A DNA stretch of 64,000 nucleotides from an uncultured virus (IMG/VR IMGVR_UViG_3300009169_000018) (IMGVR_UViG_3300009169_000018:1-64000), one strand, 5' to 3'; shown: positions 1-9,489, counted from the first letter of the stretch. Notes: a model not told the origin generated them from the letters alone. Numbers and translations: made by a program.

Positions 1-789
1 AAGAATGACGCAGAGCGTTTCGTTGCATACCGTGAGTCCTTGAAGAAGGGCGAAACGAAGATCAACGCGAAGGGTGTATTCCCTTATGACGTAATCAAGG
101 CTCTCCGCGCAGGCGGCGACCGTGACGTATGTAACGCGCAGTGGGACGCACTGCCTGACTACATGGACGACACCAACGTTCTGCCTCTGGTAGACGTTTC
201 GGGATCCATGCACTGTCCGGTTGGTGGCAACCCTAACTTGCAGTGCATCGACGTTGCACTTTCGCTCGGACTCTACACTTCGGGACGTAACAAGGGTGTG
301 TTCAAGGACATGTTCCTTACGTTCTCCGCAGATCCGGAACTGTTGAAGGTTACGGGTACGCTCTCGCAGCGTATGGATCAGATGAACCAGTCTGAGTGGG
401 GTATGAACACCAATCTGCACAAGGCATTCACAAGAATCCTTGACGTTGCAGTGAAGGGTAACGTTCCGCAGGCAGACATGCCATCGGTTCTGTTGATCAT
501 GTCGGACATGCAGTTTGACCAGTGCGCTCGCTTCGATGACTCTGCTATGCAGATGATCGAACGCAAGTACGCTGCGGCAGGCTACAAGGTTCCTGTCATC
601 GTGTTCTGGAACATCAGTGCCGGTGGTAAGGATAACGCGCCAGTGTCCTTCGACAAGAAGGGTGTGGCTCTCGTTTCCGGATGCTCGCCTGCAATCATGA
701 AGGCTGTCCTCGCGGCAGACTTCGATGACCTCTCGCCTGAGACAATCGTGCGGGATGCGGTAAGTATTCCTCGCTATGACTATCGTTGA
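1..789 (+). CDS. TROVE/Ro60-related vWA-domain protein (DUF2828-like), 5'-truncated by the window edge
   Basis: Open frame from base 1; vWA MIDAS motif DVSGSM, WGMNTN, SDMQFD, FWN and VSG.SP motifs typical of DUF2828/TROVE C-termini. Confidence 0.8.
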   Translation, partial: KNDAERFVAYRESLKKGETKINAKGVFPYDVIKALRAGGDRDVCNAQWDALPDYMDDTNVLPLVDVSGSMHCPVGGNPNLQCIDVALSLGLYTSGRNKGVFKDMFLTFSADPELLKVTGTLSQRMDQMNQSEWGMNTNLHKAFTRILDVAVKGNVPQADMPSVLLIMSDMQFDQCARFDDSAMQMIERKYAAAGYKVPVIVFWNISAGGKDNAPVSFDKKGVALVSGCSPAIMKAVLAADFDDLSPETIVRDAVSIPRYDYR

Positions 790-913
790 TTTCCTCCTCG
801 GTGGTGCCGTCTTCGCCCTAGTAGTTGTAATGGCTATTAGGGTGGAGCGGCGTTACCTAGCCTCTAAACGTCCCCGAGACTAAATATTGCGTTGCAGCAA
901 GAAAGGTGCTATA

Positions 914-1192
914 ATGGACAAAGGGAAGCGTCAGAAAAGACTAATCCAAAAGGTCCGGAATATAACCAAATGGTTGAAACGGGAACGAGTAAAGGCAAAA
1001 GAGGCAGGCGTAAGGTTCACAGTCGAGAATGAGAAAGATGCACACATTGAAGCGAATCACGGTAAACGTTGTTCTTGCGATATGTGCTGTAATCCACGCC
1101 ATTCAAGATTCCATAAGGGAACAGGACGCTTGACTCTCCAAGAGAGGAAAGCAAATGAGAAGGCTAATGACGAGTTTGATGAACAAGGTTGA
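914..1192 (+). CDS. small basic protein with CxCxxCCNPR motif
   Basis: ORF track; Cys cluster. Confidence 0.6.
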   Translation: MDKGKRQKRLIQKVRNITKWLKRERVKAKEAGVRFTVENEKDAHIEANHGKRCSCDMCCNPRHSRFHKGTGRLTLQERKANEKANDEFDEQG

Positions 1193-1336
1193 TTACGAAG
1201 CAGCAACGGTGTTTGCATTGGTAGCGTGTGTCGCTACTTTCGCAGCAGTGTGGCTACACGCATTCAGCCATTTCGGACAATAAAGGGAAACGTGAGAAGG
1301 GTGGAAGCAGTCACCATATTGACTGCATGTTAGAGG

Positions 1337-2266
1337 ATGAAGATTATGAAGTTGAAAGTAATGTTGATGGTCGCGATGCTTGCCCTTTCGGGTACGGCAT
1401 TTGCTGTCCAACCGGTAAATCCCGGTAATAGTGGTGGTGAAGGTAACAACACCAACTGTCAGGGAACGGGCAACCCGAATTCACCTTGCGTGCCTACGCC
1501 TCGCGACCCTCGCGACGGTGGTAATGGCGGCAACGGTGGAAACGGTGGTAATGGCGGCAACGGCGGCGCGGGTGGTGATGCCACTGCGGTTGGCGTTGGT
1601 GTCGGCATCGGCGTAGGCATTGCGAATGCCGAAGCGAGCGCGGCAGCACTTGCCTCCGCATCGAATCGCACAGAAGTTGATGTGCGCAATACCAACACGA
1701 ACCTGAACAGTCAGCTACAGGGTCAGGTACAGGGTCAGTCGCAGACTAACAATGCGTCGGTTGGCAACGTAACGTCGGGTGACGTAACTTCGACAAACAC
1801 CAATAACAACACCGCAACCGGTGGTCAGGGTGGAAGTGCGGTCGCAGCAGCAACCGTTGAATCGGGTGCCGTGTCGGTTGCCGAAGGTGCGGTTCAGAGC
1901 AATCTGAATTACACGTACAAGGAAGTGCGTCAGGCTCCTGCGATTGGTCAGGGTAGCTTCGCCATCAGTGGTTGTAGCGTTGCCGGTAATGCCGGTGCGT
2001 CTAGCCCCGGTGGAGCAGGCTTCCTAGGCTTTGGTTTCACACCTTCGCAGTGCTATGACTTCATGTTGGCACAGGCTTACCAGTCAATCGGTGAGAAGAA
2101 GGCAGTGTGCGATATCTTGAAGAACAGCAAGGCAGGCAAGCGTCAGGCGAAGCGTGGTATCACGTTGCCTGAATGTCTGCCGGAAGTTCAGGAAGTCAAG
2201 ACTGTCGTAGTCGAAGTCCCGAAGACTGTCTACGTGGAAGTCCCTCCTGCCAAGATCAGCGAATAA
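1337..2266 (+). CDS. secreted Gly/Asn-rich protein
   Basis: Signal peptide ending AFA, (GGN)n repeat, paired Cys. Confidence 0.7.
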   Translation: MKIMKLKVMLMVAMLALSGTAFAVQPVNPGNSGGEGNNTNCQGTGNPNSPCVPTPRDPRDGGNGGNGGNGGNGGNGGAGGDATAVGVGVGIGVGIANAEASAAALASASNRTEVDVRNTNTNLNSQLQGQVQGQSQTNNASVGNVTSGDVTSTNTNNNTATGGQGGSAVAAATVESGAVSVAEGAVQSNLNYTYKEVRQAPAIGQGSFAISGCSVAGNAGASSPGGAGFLGFGFTPSQCYDFMLAQAYQSIGEKKAVCDILKNSKAGKRQAKRGITLPECLPEVQEVKTVVVEVPKTVYVEVPPAKISE

Positions 2267-2290
2267 CTCTCGCTAACTCTTAGGAGTATG

Positions 2291-2328
2291 GAGCCTCTGT
2301 CGGCATAACAACTGGCAGAGGCTCTTTT
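2291..2328 (+). terminator. intrinsic terminator
   Basis: GAGCCTCTGTCGG/CTGGCAGAGGCTC hairpin followed by TTTT. Confidence 0.65.
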
Positions 2329-2332
2329 CATT

Positions 2333-2683
2333 ATGGTACTAATCAATCTCACTCTCGCGGTTATCTGCTTCGGCAGTAACATGGAATGCCATCCGATTCT
2401 CTATGGTGACAAAACACCACAGGGCGAATTCAGCATGGTAGTCCGTGTCACTCCCCAAGTTGGTTACGGTGGTGACGTAATTCAGTTCCACGCGGACGAA
2501 AAGCAAATCTACGCGATTCATCGTCTGTGGACTCGCTCGCCACAACAGCAACGCGAACAACGTATATCATCCCCTGATATATCTCGCCGGAAGATTTCAG
2601 CCGGTTGTATCAACGTCATGCCAGAAGTCTATGAGCAGTTGAAAGCATGTTGCTTGAACGAACCATTGAAGGTCATACAATGA
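2333..2683 (+). CDS. L,D-transpeptidase (YkuD-like) catalytic domain protein
   Basis: TPxG, AIH...SAGCINV catalytic motif. Confidence 0.7.
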   Translation: MVLINLTLAVICFGSNMECHPILYGDKTPQGEFSMVVRVTPQVGYGGDVIQFHADEKQIYAIHRLWTRSPQQQREQRISSPDISRRKISAGCINVMPEVYEQLKACCLNEPLKVIQ

Positions 2684-3051
2684 ACAGACTAGAAGAACTA
2701 CTCACCATCCTTTCCGAAGAATGTGCCGAAGTCTCGCAAGTGGCATCCAAGTGCGTGCGCTTCGGATTGGAATCTGAATATAATGATCGCACTAATCGTG
2801 ATCGTCTTGAATGGGAGATTGGTGACTTCATGGCAATGGTGCGATTGCTCACCGAAGAGTATAATCTCAATATGGACAACATCATTGCCGCAGCCGACGC
2901 GAAGCTTGTCAAGGTTGAGAAGTTCATGCGCAACAAAAAGGGATTGAGCGCACCGGAACTCGCGGCAGCATTCTCGCAGCGCACCCTGCCGCCACTGGCA
3001 CCCATCGAAAAGCCGCACAGACGCGGAAAACCCCGGTCAAATAAGCGGTAA
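2680..3051 (+). CDS. MazG-like NTP pyrophosphohydrolase
   Basis: EECAE...EIGD motif. Confidence 0.7.
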   Translation: MNRLEELLTILSEECAEVSQVASKCVRFGLESEYNDRTNRDRLEWEIGDFMAMVRLLTEEYNLNMDNIIAAADAKLVKVEKFMRNKKGLSAPELAAAFSQRTLPPLAPIEKPHRRGKPRSNKR

Positions 3052-3055
3052 TTCG

Positions 3056-3115
3056 TAAGTCCTTGATTCCTAAAGAGTTTCTCTTATTGCTTAGTTCTTA
3101 GTCTTCCTGTAGACT
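3056..3115 (+). promoter_or_regulatory. IHF-like box plus sigma70 promoter
   Basis: TAAGTCCTTGATT at 3056; TTGCTT(3087)-17-TAGACT(3110). Confidence 0.65.
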
Positions 3116-3153
3116 TATCTTATAGGTTGATGATTTCAAGCAAGGACTAACAG

Positions 3154-4032
3154 ATGCCGCGTGGCGTACCGAAAGCGGGTTTCCGCATGACAAAGAATCG
3201 AAAGGCTCGCAAGGGTGGCAAAGTCACCAATTCCGTGACCTTCGACAATGCGGCAATGTATCGCGAGCCTGAGATTCAGGAAACCGAAGACCAGATTCGG
3301 AACAAGCTTGATGAACGCTTTTCGGCAATGACCATGATGGTCGAGTCAGCCATCAAGGGTGACGTTCGCGCCATCATTTTCTCCGGTCCTGCCGGTGTCG
3401 GCAAGTCGCATGAAGTGCACGCTGCACTGGACCGACTCAAGCCGTATCACACGATCATTCACGGTTTCGTTCGCCCGACCGGTCTGTACCGTACCCTGTA
3501 CGAATACCGTCAGCCGGGTTCGGTTGTCGTCCTTGACGATGCCGACTCAATCTTTGGCGACGACATTTCGCTGAACATCCTCAAGGTCGCGTGCGACACT
3601 ACGCGCAAGCGTGAGATTTCTTGGCTCTCCGAGATTCGCATGGAAGATGAAGGTGGCGACAAGCTCCCGCGTTCCTACGAATTCGAAGGCACGATCATCT
3701 TCATTACGAATCAGGACTTCGACTACCTGATCGAAAAGGGCAACAAGCTTGCGCCGCATATGTCGGCTCTTGTTTCCCGGTCCATGTACCTCGACATGAA
3801 AATGCATTCGAAGCGCGACTACATCGTGCGCATCAAGCAAGTTCTCGAAAAGGGCATGTTGAAGGATTACGGTCTTTCGAAGCAGGATGAAACGGAAATC
3901 ATGGACTTCATTACGAAGTATCAGGATACCATCCGCGAACTCTCGCTGCGCATGGTGGTCAAGCTTGCGAACCTCAAGAAGTCGCGTCCGACTAAGTGGT
4001 ATTCGCTCGCTAAGGTCTTCTGCGTCAAGTAA
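3154..4032 (+). CDS. AAA+ family ATPase
   Basis: Walker A GPAGVGKS, Walker B VVVLDDAD, sensor ITN. Confidence 0.85.
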   Translation: MPRGVPKAGFRMTKNRKARKGGKVTNSVTFDNAAMYREPEIQETEDQIRNKLDERFSAMTMMVESAIKGDVRAIIFSGPAGVGKSHEVHAALDRLKPYHTIIHGFVRPTGLYRTLYEYRQPGSVVVLDDADSIFGDDISLNILKVACDTTRKREISWLSEIRMEDEGGDKLPRSYEFEGTIIFITNQDFDYLIEKGNKLAPHMSALVSRSMYLDMKMHSKRDYIVRIKQVLEKGMLKDYGLSKQDETEIMDFITKYQDTIRELSLRMVVKLANLKKSRPTKWYSLAKVFCVK

Positions 4033-4044
4033 CAGGATAAGACA

Positions 4045-4296
4045 ATGGCTCGTCATTTTCTCAAGGAAGCACTTCTGCCGGAAGGCGTAAAGGTAGTGCG
4101 TCTTACATTCACTCCGCACCCATACTTCCAACCGGAATTCGTTGAGGAAGTTATCAACGAACTCTCCGCGAAGGAATTTCTGGTGCGCGGCGGTCTGGAT
4201 GAATTCACCGCAGTAGACAGACTGGCGTTCCGCTTGCTCTACGAATCGGGTGTCATGGCAGGAACGCTACCGGAACTCAAAAAGGAAGGCGTGTAA
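4045..4296 (+). CDS. hypothetical protein
   Basis: ORF with RBS, tightly packed. Confidence 0.55.
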   Translation: MARHFLKEALLPEGVKVVRLTFTPHPYFQPEFVEEVINELSAKEFLVRGGLDEFTAVDRLAFRLLYESGVMAGTLPELKKEGV

Positions 4297-4511
4297 TGTC
4301 ATTCCAGTCCATAGAAATCATTGATGCGGACACGATGGTTTCCATCATTCGCGGTCCCATGATCGCAATCCCGCGCAATAGCGAACAGGTTGTGCTGCGC
4401 GACATGCACTACACCGTGACACAGGTTGTCTACGATTTTCAGGAAGTCAAGCGACTCGGCATCAAGGCAAAGGCTGAACTCGCGATTCGCGTTTACGTCA
4501 AGAGGAACTAA
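4296..4511 (+). CDS. hypothetical protein
   Basis: Stop/start overlap with upstream gene. Confidence 0.55.
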   Translation: MSFQSIEIIDADTMVSIIRGPMIAIPRNSEQVVLRDMHYTVTQVVYDFQEVKRLGIKAKAELAIRVYVKRN

Positions 4512-4852
4512 TACATGTTCACACTCATTGCAACTCTTCTCTTTTTCTTGCTCACTCTCATGTGGCGCAGTGGTGATCCTCTCAATCTGTTCATCAAGTT
4601 CGGACTCGGACTGATGACGGGTTGGGGCGGCTATATCATCTACACAACCGGAGCAATCTAATGGATGACGTTGGCGACATTCTCATGGCGGTTGGTGGTG
4701 TCATGTTGGTTCTCGGATTCGGTGGACTCTGCCTCCTAGGAATCTGGATGGCATTCTCAATCTCACTTCCACTAGGGCTGATCACACTAGCCATCTGTGG
4801 ATTCGGAATCGGTGTCATCGGTTCCATGCTCACACGTTAACGGAGAATTTCA

Positions 4853-5533
4853 ATGGGTACTCGTTCACTCACGTACATTTGGGAAGACAAGGCTGAAAAG
4901 CCGTTCCTGTGCATGTATCGGCAGTTCGATGGATACAAGGAAGGTCACGGCAAGGAACTCGCTGAATTCCTCGCGCCTATCACAATGATCAACGGCATCG
5001 GTGGACAGAAAGCCGGTGAAGCTGCGAATGGCATGGGTTGCCTCGCTGCGCAGTTGGTCACGCATTTCAAGGGACCGCACGGCATCGGCGGCTTCTATCT
5101 GCACGCTCCGGATCTTCCGCAGGATGCAGGACAGGAATACGAATATCACGTTGCGCCGAATCGCGTGACGGTATACGAGATTCACTTCGAAGCACCGAAT
5201 GACTGTATCTTTGTCGGTACGTGGAAGGCATTCGCAGAATGGGCAGGCGCGGAAGTTGTCGCTGCCAAGGTCGCAGTCGAAGATGAACGCACGCTGCCGG
5301 AACTTTTCAAAGCCGGTGAGACTGTGCACGTTCGCTTCCGCAAGGCAGACGGCACGATCCGCGACATGCGCTGCACAAAGAACTTTGACCGCATTCCGGA
5401 AGACATGCATCCCGGCGCGAGCGGTCGCATCGGTCGCAACGATCCGCATCTGTTCAAGGTCTATGACCTCGACAAGCAGGACTGGCGTTCCTTCCGTGAT
5501 AACACGGTCATTTCATTCGGAGTATCATCATGA
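4853..5533 (+). CDS. two-domain protein with C-terminal WYL_2/DUF2693-like (Sm-like) domain
   Basis: VRFRKADGTIRDMRCT...VYDLDKQDWRSFR motif; GGAG RBS. Confidence 0.7.
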   Translation: MGTRSLTYIWEDKAEKPFLCMYRQFDGYKEGHGKELAEFLAPITMINGIGGQKAGEAANGMGCLAAQLVTHFKGPHGIGGFYLHAPDLPQDAGQEYEYHVAPNRVTVYEIHFEAPNDCIFVGTWKAFAEWAGAEVVAAKVAVEDERTLPELFKAGETVHVRFRKADGTIRDMRCTKNFDRIPEDMHPGASGRIGRNDPHLFKVYDLDKQDWRSFRDNTVISFGVSS

Positions 5534-5695
5534 CCGCACGACTTCTTAAGTACGCACTGTACGGACTGTTGGGGTTCGAACTGTCACAGGTGGGCGCGGG
5601 ATTGGATAACCCTCTGTGGTTCTTCGCAATCCTGATCACCGTGCTGATCATCGAACAACTCGGCATCATTCAGGCAACCTCGCGGAGATTCTAAT

Positions 5696-5953
5696 ATGGA
5701 ACCGTATGAAAAGAAAATTCACCGGCTCAAGATTGTCATTCATACAAAGAGTGGCAAGGTCTTCGAATCAATGGTCATGGAATTGGATGAAGACGCTGCG
5801 GGTAGATGGGCAGGACTACTGCGTGCCGGTATCGAAGAACTCTCGACACTCTACATTCCACAGGTTCACGCATTGGGTTGGACTCAGCACGCCTACTTCA
5901 ATCCGACAAACATCGAAGCGGTCGAACTGATTCAGGTTCCGGAGAATATCTAA
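5696..5953 (+). CDS. hypothetical protein
   Basis: ORF with GGAG RBS. Confidence 0.55.
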   Translation: MEPYEKKIHRLKIVIHTKSGKVFESMVMELDEDAAGRWAGLLRAGIEELSTLYIPQVHALGWTQHAYFNPTNIEAVELIQVPENI

Positions 5954-6327
5954 TGGGTTACAATACCACAGTCATCGTCCTGAACGATGCGATTGATATC
6001 ATCCGTGACGATCCGAAGTTCGGTGAGAAACTCTACTACGCGATTCTGGAATTGGCTCGCGGCAAACAGGTAGACATTCCCGCGCACTCGTATCGCGACG
6101 GTAAGATCACTGGCGTTCATTGTAACGCAGCCACCGCAGTCGAAACGCATCATGCAGACGGCACAGCCGTTGTCGCGGTAGGCGGCAACTGCGCATCGGT
6201 ACTCGGTCACGTATTCTACACCGGATACCATGGCGACGAGTCTGGCAAGTTGAAGACGCTACAGCAACTCGCGGAATCCATGGGTTATCGTCTTGTAAAG
6301 AAACCCGCACGTAAGAGAGCCGCATGA
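5953..6327 (+). CDS. hypothetical protein
   Basis: ATG overlapping previous stop; GGAG RBS. Confidence 0.6.
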   Translation: MGYNTTVIVLNDAIDIIRDDPKFGEKLYYAILELARGKQVDIPAHSYRDGKITGVHCNAATAVETHHADGTAVVAVGGNCASVLGHVFYTGYHGDESGKLKTLQQLAESMGYRLVKKPARKRAA

Positions 6328-6551
6328 TCGCTCAATTCGGAATCGCACTGACTGGCACCGTCGCTATCTTTCTCACACAGAGCAAGAGCGCGGAAGCAAG
6401 ACGCTACGCCTGTCTGTTCGGAATCGCCGGTCAGCCGTTCTGGATTTACGAAACGTGGTTCGCAGCACAGTGGGGAATGTTCGCTCTTACGTTCTTATAC
6501 ACACTCGCATGGCTTAAGGGCATTCACACTCACTGGATAACACAATCATGA
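6324..6551 (+). CDS. small membrane protein
   Basis: Hydrophobic segments; ATGA overlap. Confidence 0.6.
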   Translation: MIAQFGIALTGTVAIFLTQSKSAEARRYACLFGIAGQPFWIYETWFAAQWGMFALTFLYTLAWLKGIHTHWITQS

Positions 6552-6793
6552 AACTCTTAGACATTGCACAGACGGCTTACCTCGACTCCATGGACAAGCG
6601 TTCATTCCCCGCGTGCTTCACTGGTTCGCGCCAATTTGAAAACTGGCAAGCCGTAGAATCCATTGCGCACACAAAGCCGCGTGCGCTGCCATGCCGAGAC
6701 TGCACGGTAGACTATCATCGGCAGATGGTCGCTGCCGGATGCTGCGCACTGGCAGGCATCCCGAAGATCACCCGAATCATGGATCGGAGCTAA
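6548..6793 (+). CDS. hypothetical Cys-containing protein
   Basis: ATGA overlap; CxDC motif. Confidence 0.55.
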   Translation: MKLLDIAQTAYLDSMDKRSFPACFTGSRQFENWQAVESIAHTKPRALPCRDCTVDYHRQMVAAGCCALAGIPKITRIMDRS

Positions 6794-6821
6794 CAGGAAG
6801 GCGCACAAGCCACGATCTGCC

Positions 6822-7003
6822 GGTACCCGCTAGGGTAGCCTAGGGTACCCGCAGAAACGCCCCTAGAGGCTCTCAGACAGTCCTAGAGGGCATCCGTAAG
6901 TCCTTGATTCTAAAGGGCTTATTTTGATCAATTCTTAACCATCCTAAGTGCTTGATTCTCTTAGGGTTTTCCCTATTGCGTATTCCACCGGTTTTGCTAT
7001 ACT
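6822..7003 (+). promoter_or_regulatory. palindrome, two IHF-like boxes and extended -10 sigma70 promoter
   Basis: GGTACCCGCTAGGGTAGCCTAGGGTACC; TAAGTnCTTGATT at 6897 and 6945; TTGCGT(6976)-16-TATACT(6998) with TG. Confidence 0.75.
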
Positions 7004-7027
7004 GGTTGTACAAGGTAAGGAAAAGAT

Positions 7028-7738
7028 ATGCTGAATCGCAAAGTCACTGAATGGTCGAGCGCGGAATGCAAGTACGTCGATAAAGGTCGCGTCACTGAGC
7101 ATGTCGGTCGCTCGCTTTACGTGGCGAACGAAACCGTCCAGATCATGTCGGACGTATGGGATACGGAAACGTTCCTGTACTCCGTGCGCGACGACGGCAC
7201 GTTGAGCCGCGATTGCGTCGGCTACTGCGACAATCCGGAAATGAATCCGGTCTACGAAATTGATGCGACCGAAGAGGCGTTCGAACTTTATCGCGCCGCG
7301 CAGGAAGCTCGCCAGTACGAAACTCTGGTGCACAATACGAATGCGGAATACGCGAATCCGGCGCACAAGGGTCGCGTTGTGAAGGTTACGAAAGGTCGCA
7401 ATACGCCCAAGGGTGTTGTCGGCAAGGTTGTCGTAATCATCGAACGTCCGTATGGCATGGGCTATCACTCTTCGATGCGCAAGAAACTCGGTATTGCGAC
7501 CTCGGCTCGCACCGTTGAAAAGGTCATGCCGAATGGTAAGGTCTTCCAGAATCATGCCGACATGGTATGGGTTTGGGCGCACAACTGCGAAGTCGAAAAG
7601 CCGCAGACTGCGGACCTCGCACTCTGCCGCCAGATGGCGCAGGATTTTGCGAAGGGTGCCGTGAACGGTCTTCGCAAGACGCAGGCTGACCGCTACCAGT
7701 ACAATGCGCAAGGCATGAAGGGCTACAAGGCAGCGTAA
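7028..7738 (+). CDS. hypothetical protein
   Basis: 236 aa ORF with AAGGA RBS after strong promoter. Confidence 0.7.
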   Translation: MLNRKVTEWSSAECKYVDKGRVTEHVGRSLYVANETVQIMSDVWDTETFLYSVRDDGTLSRDCVGYCDNPEMNPVYEIDATEEAFELYRAAQEARQYETLVHNTNAEYANPAHKGRVVKVTKGRNTPKGVVGKVVVIIERPYGMGYHSSMRKKLGIATSARTVEKVMPNGKVFQNHADMVWVWAHNCEVEKPQTADLALCRQMAQDFAKGAVNGLRKTQADRYQYNAQGMKGYKAA

Positions 7739-7754
7739 AACAAGGGCTAAAACG

Positions 7755-7813
7755 CAACCCCTTGAACGGCAAAGAGTTTTCGGGGTTGCGTTCTGGTCGA
7801 AAGTCGGTAGAAT
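7755..7813 (+). promoter_or_regulatory. degenerate IHF-like box plus sigma70 promoter inside an inverted repeat
   Basis: CAACCCCTTGAAC 7755; TTGCGT(7786)-16-TAGAAT(7808); AACGCAACCCC/GGGGTTGCGTT. Confidence 0.55.
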
Positions 7814-7820
7814 GGTATAC

Positions 7821-8108
7821 ATGATGAAGCGAAACGTAAAGCGAATGGAAATTAACCTTCCCGCGATTGAAGTTGGCGACCTGATTCGGGCGTATGACTT
7901 CGAACCGTGTCCCGGCAGACCCGACATGTATGTTGTCGGAATCGTGAAGGATATCGGTTGGATCCGGAACGAGTACATCGGCTACACGATTGACTGTGTG
8001 TTCGATTCTCTTTCGAAGGAAATTCCGAAGGCTTCGCGAGTTGGTGCCACGGTGTATGTCCCGGTCCAGACTTCCATGGACTATGACGGTAGGGTAACAA
8101 AGGTATGA
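7821..8108 (+). CDS. hypothetical protein
   Basis: ORF track; start uncertain. Confidence 0.6.
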   Translation: MMKRNVKRMEINLPAIEVGDLIRAYDFEPCPGRPDMYVVGIVKDIGWIRNEYIGYTIDCVFDSLSKEIPKASRVGATVYVPVQTSMDYDGRVTKV

Positions 8109-8296
8109 GTCAAGACGCTAAGAGTATCGTGCGCGAAGTCGCAACGGAACTGTCGATGCAGGGTTTCCTGCTAGAGCATGAGGTTACGCTGCGCGGCGAT
8201 TGGGATTCGGCTAAGATGGATAAGACTGTGCTGTATGCCGTCGCGTCCAAGTTGCAGGATCAGATTGCGGCACTTTTGAAGGCAGCTTCAAATTAG
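8105..8296 (+). CDS. hypothetical protein
   Basis: ATGA overlap. Confidence 0.5.
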   Translation: MSQDAKSIVREVATELSMQGFLLEHEVTLRGDWDSAKMDKTVLYAVASKLQDQIAALLKAASN

Positions 8297-8298
8297 AC

Positions 8299-8435
8299 TT
8301 GACAGGGTTTGAATTAGAGAGTATACTGTATGGACTAGGCAAGGTGCGGACCCGCAAAACGTCCGCAGGCATAGGTAGATGTAGCAAAAAATATTTGCAA
8401 AATCGCTTGACTTAGAGAGATTTTTCAAGTAAACT
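8299..8435 (+). promoter_or_regulatory. tandem sigma70 promoters driving the RNA island
   Basis: TTGACA(8299)-17-TATACT(8322); TTGACT(8407)-17-TAAACT(8430). Confidence 0.75.
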
Positions 8436-8773
8436 GTGCTATATATTGTAGAGAGTGGATTCGCCGCTCCCGCGTAGTCGGTAGGGTCATAGACCCCAAG
8501 CTGCCCCTCAACGGGTATGTGTAAAAGGCGAATGTTGATACTGGTAAACTTGGCTTAGTCCCAAGTTTTTTTGCCCCTACGAAAAGTAGGGATGCCGCAA
8601 AAGGTTCTTTGTCAATTAGATTGATATTAGTGATTGGGCGCACTTACTGCCCTGCGAGGACTTTTTGCTCGCTAAATTGTAAGGTAAATCACTTCCTGTC
8701 TTCGGATGGGCGTGCCTATCAAGGGTGCCATGACTACGTAAATGTCATCCCGCATGTGGTAAGCGGGAACTAT

Positions 8774-8850
8774 GCAAAGGTCGTCTAACGGTTTAGGATA
8801 CTAGACTTTCAATCTGGAAGATGCGGGTTCGAATCCCGTCCTTTGCTCCA
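8774..8850 (+). tRNA. tRNA-Glu(TTC)
   Basis: Cloverleaf, GGTTCGAATCC, CCA. Confidence 0.9.
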
Positions 8851-8880
8851 ATTCTCAGAGCGCGACTAAATGCGCGTTCG

Positions 8881-8963
8881 GTAATGTGTCGGGAAAAGAG
8901 CGGTGCAATTCCGCAGTCACCTTCGGGTGTCAGTAAGTGTAATCAGGTGCACGTTCCCATTGT
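8881..8963 (+). ncRNA. circularly permuted tRNA-like RNA (YrlA-like topology)
   Basis: GGGAA/TTCCC closing stem; T-arm, then TTCG-capped acceptor-like stem, then D-arm. Confidence 0.6.
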
Positions 8964-8969
8964 TTCTAT

Positions 8970-9045
8970 TCCGGGTTGACTAGAGTGGTAATAGCCGCGA
9001 CTGTTAATCGCGTACTCGTAGGTTCGATCCCTACACCCGGAGCCA
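8970..9045 (+). tRNA. tRNA-Asn(GTT)
   Basis: Cloverleaf, CCA. Confidence 0.9.
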
Positions 9046-9049
9046 ACAT

Positions 9050-9125
9050 GCGTAGGTAATTCAACGGCTAGATTGCTTCCCTGTCACGGAAGATTATGCG
9101 GGTTCGAATCCCGTCTTACGCGCCA
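9050..9125 (+). tRNA. tRNA-Asp(GTC)
   Basis: Cloverleaf, CCA. Confidence 0.9.
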
Positions 9126-9236
9126 ACTTCGTAGTATGACCTACGTAAGATGTATTCCCGCTCGCAAAAGCGTAGGAGCATCCGGTGTCAAAGTCGCAGG
9201 GGGTTGCGTATCCTGATAAAACGCAAGACGAATTCC

Positions 9237-9310
9237 GGGGAGTTAGTATAACGGGATTATTTCTCGCTTGCACCGAGAAGACAAGGGTTCGATTCCCTTA
9301 CTCTCCACCA
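9237..9310 (+). tRNA. tRNA-Ala(TGC)
   Basis: Cloverleaf, G3:U70, CCA. Confidence 0.9.
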
Positions 9311-9315
9311 ACAAC

Positions 9316-9392
9316 GGGTCTGTCGTATAACGGCATATTATATCCGGCTCTTAACCGGTAAGATTAGGGTTCGATTCCCTACAGACCCACCA
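9316..9392 (+). tRNA. tRNA-Lys(CTT)
   Basis: Cloverleaf, CCA. Confidence 0.9.
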
Positions 9393-9397
9393 ATCAT

Positions 9398-9484
9398 GAG
9401 CGTAACACCCAATAGGAAGGGTATCGGGCTGTAACCCCGAAGTCGGCTAGTTCCGTGTAGGTTCGACTCCTACTGCGCTCACCA
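9398..9484 (+). tRNA. tRNA-Tyr(GTA)
   Basis: Cloverleaf with long variable arm, CCA. Confidence 0.9.
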
Positions 9485-9489
9485 ATTTT

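Noticed and set aside
1517..1577. Tandem nucleotide repeat or CRISPR array
   Set aside because: Degenerate codons for (GGN)n inside a CDS. No repeat-spacer array was seen anywhere in the window.
6944..7978. Long minus-strand ORFs (also 25816-26544, 37293-38180, 62076-63101)
   Set aside because: Antisense shadows of + strand genes caused by codon bias; no recognisable motifs.
8885..8925. Cobalamin riboswitch (GGGAA...CGGTGCAATTCCG)
   Set aside because: Only the T-loop arm matches. There is no B12 box or downstream gene, and a permuted tRNA fold explains the whole element better.
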